Source: Octopus vulgaris
Lineage: Eukaryota
Direction of reading: 5' to 3'
Assembly: GCA_951406725.2 (NCBI GenBank)
Contig: OX597815.1
Span: forward strand, 90,272,001 to 90,336,000
DNA length: 64,000 bases
This document shows positions 54,285-64,000 of the stretch, in pieces. Below the pieces are notes generated by a model. It worked only from the letters and a program-made list of their open reading frames with translations, made no database searches and was not told the origin of the DNA. Made by a program: the position numbers and the translations under genes. The first letter of the stretch is position 1. Each line of letters opens with the position of its first letter.

Positions 54285-54620
54285 CCTAGCGGTTTCGTCA
54301 GTTGTCCATAGCGATTCACTTTTATTTGGTTGTCAAAGAGACATTCACACCAGCAGTGTTGTTCATCTGCATGACTGTATATACTGTTTCTTGTATTTCC
54401 AAACCAACAATGTCTGGTCCCTTGTGTTTATGTTTGACAGATGTCTTGATGAGGATGTTCCACCAGTAAACGTCGTTTTCATGAATGTGTATGTATCGAA
54501 TAACTGGGGAATTTTCTATATTTATTCCAGGACAGTCTTTTTCCTGAATGGCATTGTATAGAGTTTTTGCGACAATGTATTGCGTGGGGAGCTAGTAACT
54601 TGATGTGTACTCCTTTGTGA
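54285..54620 (-). pseudogene. Decayed REL endonuclease fragment of another R4/Dong-like element
   Basis: LYNAIQEK.CP..YIHIHENDVYWWNILIKTSVKHKHKGPDIV..VNVSL..NRYGQL parallels LLWNFTIQTDRKIDANRPDII of the intact element. Confidence 0.65.
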
Positions 54621-54665
54621 TAGATTATTTTACATGACTGCTCATGTAAAGAGAGGTTATGTATC

Positions 54666-54714
<49 letters not shown>

Positions 54715-54787
54715 ATACATACAGAGAGAGATAAACTGATAGATAGGTAGATAGATAGATAGATAGATAGATATGTAGGTAGGTAGG

Positions 54788-54866
<79 letters not shown>

Positions 54867-55069
54867 ATGATAGAAAATGAAACGGATCACATTCTTTATT
54901 CGACATATTTTTAAGCACGTAGTATATTGGTGAGATATTATGTAATCATGATCATGCATCTGAGGTTTAAAATGCACCCCCTCGGGTGATAGTTAAAATA
55001 CGCTCTTCATTAGATCAGACTTATTTGCTGAATTGGAAAGTTACGGGGACACAGCGGCATTTACTGCCA

Positions 55070-55562
55070 AGCAAAACACACACACACGCATGCACACGCA
55101 CATACATATATATATATTAGCCTGCCTGATATATATATATATATCCGACGGGCTTTTTTCAGTTTCCGTCTACCCCATCCACTCACAAGAAATTGGTCGG
55201 CCGGAGACTGTGAAAGAATACACTTGCTAAAGATTCCATGCTGTGGAACTGGACCTCGAATCATGTGGTTGGGAAGCAAGCTTCATACCACACGTCCGAC
55301 ATGCCTATGTATATAATATTTATGTCTTTATTGCCAACAGGGGGCTAAACTTAGAAGAGACAAACAAGGACAGACAAAGGGATTAATACGATTTCATCGA
55401 CGCCAGCGCATAACTGCTACTTATTTAATCGTCCCAGAAAACATGAAAGGATGAAAGGCAAAGTCAACCTCGGCGGAATTTTAACTCAGAACGTAACGGC
55501 AGACGAAGTATTGCTAAGCATTTCGCCCAGCGTGTTAACCTTTCTGCCAGCTCGCCGCCTTC
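55070..55562 (-). mobile_element. Two adjacent SINEs (octopus-type 5' part and Meta-domain type)
   Basis: Reverse complements match the 8517 and 39765 families (aaaggatgaaaggcaaagtcaacctcggcggaatt..tgccagctcgcc). Confidence 0.8.
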
Positions 55563-55566
55563 CTAT

Positions 55567-55616
<50 letters not shown>

Positions 55617-56589
55617 GAAATATCAATGTGTGCACTCCTATTTATGTTTGCGTTCCTATAACAAGACATATTGTGTCAGAATGGTATACATTGAAAATTG
55701 TTGAAAAAATTGTTGAAAAAAGTCTCTTCTGAATACTCTAATTCCCGACTTTAGATATATTCTGTTGAAAATAGTAACCATGCGAAGGGAAATTTTTCTA
55801 TATACATGTTTAAGAGCATGCGTGACGGGATTTTATTTTCGGTGAAAGGGAAAGTGTATTAAAGAGCATTCAAGAGAAAATATTTGTTCTAAATATAGCT
55901 AAAAGACGTTAGTGATGATAATGATAACGTCTCCAACGACGTTGTAGACGACGACGTCGAGTAAGAAGTACATCTACGCGAGGAGGATGGTGGTGGCCAT
56001 AATGATTATGATGACGGCAATGGTGATGAGGTAGTGGATGACCATAGATGTGTTAAAGTTGATGAGAACTGTGAATAGTACGTTATGAAGCAGAATCATG
56101 GTGATTCTCTAACTAGTCTCATTGAACAATAAAGTAGTGATTATCGAACTCGGTGTTTTCGCAGTGCAATATATATTTTTTTTAAACTTCGAACGCCGAC
56201 ACCTTCTGGTTGCTAAAGATGTTGAAAATGACCCCGTGCCTTAACACAATTTAACCATATTTATCTTCTACCAAATTAATTTGAGCATTTTTAGACGATC
56301 TTTGTCGCCATATGTATTTATCAAAAGACTCTTGTTACAAAACAGAGTATCCTAGAGTTATAAAGAAAAATCATAAAGCTTCCATTTGAATTTATTTTAA
56401 GTAGACAATATTTACTAATCAGTTAGTTTCAAGCTTCCTCTTGTTTTGCTTTATGTAATAAGTAATAAATATTATATATCTAATTATAATTTGCTTTATA
56501 TTGTGTTGTAAGACGCTATCGCATTTTTTAAAACTTATTATTTACTCATTTGAGAATCAGAATGTTGATGATGTGGAATAGGTGAATGA

Positions 56590-57140
56590 AATGGAGTAAA
56601 CTGGCGCTCATTATCTGTACATTTGTAGAAAACTAATGATATTGAAGCACTTGATGATCTTCTAGAAAATTTGTAGCTTGCTGACAGCAGAGAAAACGAG
56701 TAAGATTAAATTACTAAGAGTTTTAGAACTGCAGTGGAATGACTGCATAAACATATTTAGGTTAGAGTCGACTGGACAATCTAGCTGCTATGCAGTTTGC
56801 TATCTTGGAGGATTTCTTTTAAAAAAGAATTAAGTAAGTGAATTACGCCAACTGTATTTTAATATATAGCGATTATGTTTTGGTTGTGAAGAATTGTAAA
56901 TCTGCAAAACATTGGAAGAGAAAAGTTTGAGGAAGGACTTAGAGAACGATTAAATTGTCTGGTTGTGATATACTATGGATCAGAGTATACCACATCAACG
57001 GAAACTGAAACATAATAAAACATTGCCCTAAACGCAGAGTATCGAGGACAACTTATGCCGCATTGGTGAAAAAATTAGTGGCAAGGACAGCAAAATTTTT
57101 TTCAGATCTTATGGCGGTAAATATTCGGAAGATGTGGTTT
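56590..57140 (+). pseudogene. Possible caspase-like gene remnant
   Basis: KLALIICTF, TNDIEALDDLLENL, SGCDILWIR and AALVKK..FSDLMAVN occur in caspase p20/p10 order; no intact SHG or QACRG. Confidence 0.3.
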
Positions 57141-57519
57141 TATAATGCCTATGTTTGTAATCACTGAGAAAACAGATATTACTTAAAATGATAAATAATC
57201 TTGCTTTTACGACTGTCTCAACCGCTGGTGTGATGTTGAATATACGAACGTTGCTATTGCCTTTTTCTAGGAATAGTTACGTTGCCACGTTTATACAGCT
57301 TAAACGAGAGAAAAATTAAAGCAAAAGGTAACTTTCGAAACTATTTCTACATGGCGTCCTTCGTCGATTGTACAAAACAGTGATATCTTCGTATTTATTA
57401 CAATTGTGTTCATACTGTTGTGAGAATTTTCATGTAGAAATGTAGTTCAGACTGAAAAGGGCCTAAGATAAAGGAACAGAAATACATCCAGAAACATTTA
57501 TATAAATTGAACATTTAGC

Positions 57520-57750
57520 TTTTATCATTTACTTGTTTCAATGTTTCAATCATTGCACTGCAGTCATACAGCAGCACAGCAGTTAAGAATTTAAATCCAA
57601 CAAATCGATTCCAATACTTGATATTTAAGTCTGACACTTATTTTATCAGCGTTTTTCTTTTGTGTGTTTTTTTTTTTTTTTTGCTGAGCCGCTAAGTTGC
57701 GTGGACGTTTACAAACCACCACTGATTGACAATTGGTGTAGAGGGACAAA
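57520..57750 (-). mobile_element. 3' part of an octopus-type SINE
   Basis: tttacttgtttca..ttgcactgcagtcata..ccgctaagttgc..gggacaaacacag. Confidence 0.65.
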
Positions 57751-58964
57751 CACAGAGAGAAATATATATTATACTGTGTAGAGTTGTTACATCGACAAAC
57801 ATAGACAATATGTAGTAAAATGTTATCTAACTAGTACCATCATTAAGGAAAACATCAGAATGTCTTACCCGCGTCTTTCCCACTAATTCTACAAATAATT
57901 CGACATTTGTTTTGCAAACTAACTGAACAAGGTAGATATGAGAGAATGCCTTAAGGCATTAAAATCACTGGATGCACTCTCTTACATTCCTTCATCATTA
58001 TAGTGTCACTTAAACAAGAACCTCAGTAAACATTTACCCAGTCATGTCTTGCCGCAACTGCATTCAACAGGAATTTCTTCCGCACACATTTTTCATGCAA
58101 AGGCGTCGACGAAAAGAACTCAAACTGAAACAATAACGCATCGATTTCATCAATAAAAAACCAATGATAACGAAGATTATGTGGACTACTTCTCTTACTA
58201 ATTACTTTTTAAATAGCAGTCGTAAGAACTGTAAAGTGTGAGAGAAAGAATGATTAGAAAGATGACTAAAATATAACTGAAATAACAATTAAATTTGAAT
58301 TTCCTCTAAATTATGAGTAGTATAAGGCAAAAATGTTATATCAGTGATTGCTTTCATTTTTCTCCCATTGTTGCCGGCCTCTTTAATGTTCTGGTAATCA
58401 ACAAGATATATTAAAGATTAATTTTGTATTGCCAATTACATTGGCATCATCATTTCTGATCTGTGCGTTAACTTTTAATTAATTTTCTTCTTACATATTA
58501 GTCAATCTCGTATATCTCCGAATAGTAATATGATAAGATATCATTATTTAATATCTCTCAAGAGACTATTCCAATCTATAATAAGATATTCCATATCGAA
58601 ATTGAATATATCTATAGAAATTGTTGTTGAGCTCTGATATATTTTAGGAATAGATGAACGTTGACACAAAAAATGTATGAATATTTTCGTTATTCTAATC
58701 AACATAACACACAAAAATTTGATTTACAGATAACATATACAACAACGTTAAAGATATAATTGGTTGGTGATTTAAAAGTGGATTCCGTACATGATTTGGC
58801 CGCAGCCACTGGTTTATAATGTCTTTCCAAAATGCTTGCTGGAAATTATGAAATTCATCTCATTAAAATTTTCATTATGATTCAACTCATTGTTTTGCTT
58901 AACATTAGTCATCATTACACAACGTTGAATTGTGTGCATTAGTAATACTAAAACATTTTTAAAG

Positions 58965-59160
58965 ACGGCCAGCTGGCAGAAACGTTAGCATGTCAGGCAA
59001 ATTCTTGACTGCATTTCGTCCGGCTTAACTTTCTGAGTAGAAATTCCGCTAAGGTCGACTTCGTCTTTCATCCTTTACCAGTCAAGTATTGGGGTCAATG
59101 TAATCGACTGTCGCCCTCCTCACACATTTCATGCCATATGCCTATAGTATAAAGTATTAT
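58965..59160 (+). mobile_element. SINE with Meta-domain-like core
   Basis: agctggcagaaacgttagca..ttctgagtagaaattccgctaaggtcgacttcgtctttcatcc. Confidence 0.75.
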
Positions 59161-59849
59161 TAAAATATATTATATCAATATGATGAGGATCTTTTCTTCT
59201 TCCTGCCTGATAGTATAGTCCATGGAAATCATCACGATGAGCATCAAATCTTATTGTCTCAAGCTCGCAACTCCCCGTAAAAATTTTGGAAAATGCTGTT
59301 AGAAATCTATTCCCAACTGTTTCGGTTAAGAGAGCACACGTCTGCTGTGGTCAGTCATAAGCCAAATTCTAGCTTCGTTGCCGTGCTTTATCCCGGGTTC
59401 CATCTCGGGTTCAACAGACGACTTTCGTGCCATCGTGTATATGCATACATATCCTTAGTTCGGGTTACGCAGTCATCGTGTTTTCTGCTACAATCATGCC
59501 GTTTGTAGTATTTCTTCTATGTACCTCTTCTAGGTAACTAGTTTCTGTTCTGTGTAGCTATCTCTAGCAGAGGCTAAAAGATGCTTCCTTAATTTTTCTT
59601 GTTAAGTGAATTCACTAGATGGCGGCTGACAATTCATGCTTAACTAAACAGGAATTTGATCCCCTACACTTAGCCGCACCGAACATACGTGTTCATTTTC
59701 CATGTACTGAGTACTTGTATATACCTTCCATTCCAAGTTAAATGCAAAGTCACAAATTTTTAGTCTGTGTAGCCATGCATCTCATACAGTTAATTATTTA
59801 TATTAAGCGAATCTACAAGCCTAAAGAAAATCTTATACAATTATGACCT

Positions 59850-61540
59850 GGATACTGCAATGAGATTTTACCAGGTCCACCCTGTCACATTATAGAAATT
59901 GATGCAAAACCTGTCAGACCCTTGATGATGTTTCAGAAGATTCGCAAGGCTTCTGTATCACACTCTTTTATCAAATACTTCCATATTCTCTCCACGTGCG
60001 CTGAAGACCCCGTTCCAATCGTCCACTAACTCCATCCGGTCGACTCCTGTCGGAGTGTAGACAACCACTTGTTTCAAGGCTCCATCATCGCTTTTGTTGC
60101 TATTTACACTCATGACCTCCAACCTGTCAGTCTAAGGTAACTGTACGTATCTTTGCGTCAACACATTTCCGGAACACTACAACCAGCTCACTTGATCAAA
60201 CCGACTGCAAGAGTCATAAAACATGTAGTCGTCGAAAATAAAAGTAAGCAATTGCGTTTCGGAAATACTGGTCTTGCAAATTGATACTTCCTCCAAACGT
60301 AGTGACCTGAAGTTCTTGAATAAGGGTCCTTCATTCCACGCAGCCTCAGACTACAAGCATTCATATAACCTATTCTTAGTATTGCCATTTCAGGTGGGGA
60401 AGAAATAGAAAATAGCCAGTCACAATCGTCTTAGGTTTGTCCATTTTTGGAGTCTTTGCACGGGCTTTTTAAGATCCTTCTTTTCAATATGTTTTACTAT
60501 TTGTCCATATCAAGTAGGAACATCTTTTTCAAAATGCGGTATAATATTGGAGAAAGACTTAAAAGAACTGCCACTTGAGTAGTTTTAGAAATAGCGAAAG
60601 CATCAATACCCTCACCTGTTGTTAAAATTTTACCATTACTTGAATCTACACAAACCATCAAATCCGTGTCTTCTTTCAAAGCACTAGACAGTTGTGAGGT
60701 TCTTTGTGAGTAGTTGCTGTACATATTCTGTCACTTGCGAATGCTGAGGTTGTTGTCTTAGATACTTTTTCTTTCGGGTCTTCTGCTGATATTGATGTGT
60801 CACTCACTTTTGCAGAGTATATCTATGAACTTGTTACTGTTATTGATTATCCCTTGTTGTTGTGGCTGCTTATCCTTCTTTGGCTGCTGTTGTTGGCTAT
60901 AGGTATTGTTTGCCTCCGCTTGCATTAACTGATTGGGCATACGTATTTTACTTCTGAATTAGTGAGCTTGGTACTCACACACTTTTAACATTTGTGGGGG
61001 GCAAGTCAGTATATTCACACGAATGTCCTCTTCTCTTGTTTGGTGGTTACTGCCTTAGTCAGCGTTTGAGTGTTTTTATGTTATCCTTTTGCATCGTTTT
61101 GTGTTCATGGTGGAGGTGAACTTGAGGGACTCCTTTCTGCTCCCCTCTGCGAGTGGAGAAGTACTTTGATGCTTTTGCAGTTTTCATTGAAATAGTAGCT
61201 GCCGTTGCCGCCAGCTTTGTGATTGCAGCAGATTTAACGTTGCAAGCTGCAGTACAAAATGACGTATCGCTCTCGAGCACTTCACAGTGGGGAAGAGCTC
61301 TCAGGTAATCTGTCTTTCCACATACTTGACATATGATAAGTTTCCAATCTACCGTGATTACCTGCATCTGCTCGCACTGAAATAGAAGCAAGGAATGTCA
61401 ACCACGGCCCCTGGAGTAAGTAAAACCTGGAACTCTACTGATGTTTCCTTTCTACTATACTGAAGACTTTATAATCTTCCCGTGCTGTGCTAACTTGAAC
61501 ATTTCTCTATGAGAAAGTAAGTTTGTGACCCTGACTTTTA
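59850..61540 (-). mobile_element. Decayed L1/Tx1-like LINE (ORF1 remnant and start of APE endonuclease)
   Basis: ICQVCGKTDYLRAL (decayed CCHC knuckle) at ~61330, low-complexity linker, then MAILRIGYMNACSLR at 60388 and VVYTPTG at ~60060. Confidence 0.5.
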
Positions 61541-61552
61541 TCACACGATGTT

Positions 61553-61597
<45 letters not shown>

Positions 61598-61790
61598 ATA
61601 TATATATATGATATATATGATATATATGATATATATATGATATATATATGATATATATATATGTATGATACCAGAAAACCCTATTTTGTCGGGTACGTTC
61701 TGAGTTGCGCAGTGATTTGAATAGTTTAGAAAGAGCAATTTAATAGACGCATGTGCCTCTATTGATGTGCGCTTCCCATAATAACAGGAA

Positions 61791-61863
61791 TCTTACTGAA
61801 GAGCCTACCTGAGTAAATAAATATTATTTTTATTGCTGAAGTGGGCGAAACTGCAGTCTAAGA
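61791..61863 (+). ncRNA. Intact minimal type I hammerhead ribozyme
   Basis: tctta-CTGAAGA-gcctac..gtgggc-GAAA-ctgcag-TC-taaga; complete core, GUC cleavage triplet (cut after 61858), palindromic stem III actgcagt. Confidence 0.88.
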
Positions 61864-62042
61864 AGAACTAAGTTTGTAAAAGTTTTTAAGTTTCATCTCA
61901 TTAAATTTATCCAGCTTTTGTGTATCTAGTACACACTTCGCCTTTTAATGTACTTATATATGAATAATATATGGCGTGTCCTAGAACACCGGCGATAATA
62001 ATTAATTTTATTGTATCGCATTTGACTTTGTTTACGTATATG

Positions 62043-62087
<45 letters not shown>

Positions 62088-62088
62088 G

Positions 62089-62131
<43 letters not shown>

Positions 62132-62949
62132 ATGTGTGTGTGTATCATCAGAAACTGCTGAAAAATACAGGTCGTTTCAGGCATTCAATATGCTTTTTGT
62201 TCGCTGTCTCAGATGGCTACGATAGTTCCATGTTGTTTTCCTCGAGTAACGTATGCTATGGAAGGCCACACTTTTTTCGGACATTTTTTTTTTATTTCGG
62301 CCGAAGATGGGTATTGGATTCTCTGTTATTGATGAAACAGAGTGTGACGTTGGCCCAGGGTAAGCAATGTCGCATTTATGCTTTTATAGTAGCGTTCTTT
62401 TTACTTCTGTAGGATGTAAATTCTATATTTCTGTACTAATGGCTAAAACAACTTCCATTTCATAGCAGCTTCTGACGATGCCCATATATACGGGAAGGAA
62501 TATGACCATAGTATGTACAAAATATATTTTTGGGATTCTGATTCGTCGTTCTTACTAGTGTTGTCCTTTTAAATTATGTAACAGTTTTCATTATTGTTGA
62601 CGTTTTAAATGATGTTATAGATTACTGGTTGTTTATAAGGATTTTTATCGTTACAGTTGTTGCTATGCTGTTAGCACCATTGTTTTCGCTGTGTTGTGAA
62701 TGTTGATTATTCTATTATTATCGTTGGCTTTGTTCCTGTTGTTATTGAAGCTGTCGCGGTTCACAAAGGTGTTTTCGTTGCTGTCATCGTTGTTCTTGTT
62801 GCTTTTATTGTTTTCAGATTGTAGCTGCTTGGATACTTTCAGATCTTCTGCCTCATATTGAAGATCTAATAGAGGGCTACAATGGCTGAAGAAGATTTAG
62901 AATGACAGTTGGATATAATTATACCTACAACCACTCTTCTATTAAATTT

Positions 62950-63420
62950 TATACGAGCCATCTTGGGAAAAGAAGTTTGTTAGGAAACATATATCATAAA
63001 TTTTTTTTTAAATAAACAGACACTCATTCTGTGATTAAAAGTGAGGACATCTTTTCAGTGGAAATCCAGATACATCCGTAAAGCAATGCCAGCAGGCAAA
63101 AGCAGCAACAGAAACGGAAATTTAGCAAAAAGAAAACTCAACAGCAATTTTACCAGTGTGAGAACCACGTGTGATGTTACGTGCGATGCCATGTAACTAT
63201 AACGATTGACTGCAAGTATAATGATATTAAAGAGAATATCTGTTTTAATTCTAGTGATTTTATTTGATAAATATAATTTTAAAAACAACATGCCCGCAAT
63301 ACAGCAGACCGTTTCCTGTCTGCATACATTTAGATACGCACATAGATCTAATGGAGAGCAATATCGAATGGTACTTTCTACTTACAACTATTTTAGAATG
63401 CCACTAATAGCGAGTCTGTG
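62950..63420 (-). pseudogene. Possible class A GPCR remnant (TM2-TM5)
   Basis: LAISGIL, TVCCIAGML and LFNIIILAVNRY..HVVLT..KLLL..FLLLLLP (NRY variant of DRY followed by TM4), with stops and frameshifts. Confidence 0.4.
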
Positions 63421-64000
63421 TGTGTGTGAAATGTGTTCGTATATATATATATATGTATCCGTGCGTGTGAGCGTTTGTGCATTTATGCACGTGTGTGTTT
63501 GCAACTTCGATCAAATCATCGACAGCAACCCTGTTCTTTCGAGAGCTCAAAAAATATAATTCTTGTTTTATGCATGTTTCCTTGTTATATTCGTTTTGTT
63601 ATTTTATGTTTCTCTTTTTGTTTGAACGTTTCCTGACTTTAAAACTAAATATGTATTAGTATATTAAATTTTTATTTTCCTCCCCTAAGATGATTAAAGT
63701 TTCATTTGTGATATCTATTAAATTATTATTCAATCTAATCCTCATCTCCTCGACAAAATCAGAGTTTGGGTACTTTTATAGTTAGTAGTGTATGTTGATT
63801 ATATCATATTTATCTCTCAAACATCCATTATTTCCACCATCTTTTGTTGTTTTACTCGGTACATGGAATTTTGTGTTTAGACTTTACTATTTAGATTTTT
63901 TTTTAAATCTCGTAATCTCATTAATTTGATTAAAAACACATAAGTAAATTTTCCGATATAGAAATGCTGTAGGATTTAATATAAAAAAGTAACCATAAAC

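Noticed and set aside
62470-62505. CTGACGA-t-gccc..ggg partial hammerhead
   Set aside because: GAAA and stem I not recoverable.

Overview
AT-rich, microsatellite-dense eukaryotic DNA whose repeat families look like those of an octopus/cephalopod genome (inference from recognised SINE and repeat sequences). I find no intact host gene. The window holds a nearly intact R4/Dong-clade non-LTR retrotransposon in a (TAA)n tract, a damaged CR1-type LINE, a decayed Gypsy element, fragments of Tc1/mariner, Helitron, Penelope and Tx1-like elements, and many tRNA-derived SINEs. Heavily decayed remnants of an LRR receptor gene and, at low confidence, of GT31, caspase and GPCR genes are also present. The most striking signal is a cluster of short non-coding repeats from several unrelated families carrying minimal type I hammerhead ribozyme (HHR) motifs with palindromic stem III, typical of Penelope pLTRs and retrozymes. 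These include a perfect 280-bp palindrome with two HHRs bearing a G3:C8 core swap, a second family of inverted HHR pairs, and a tandem unit joined at the predicted cleavage site. Most ORFs in the supplied track are microsatellite translation artefacts. All protein and RNA-structure calls were made by eye.
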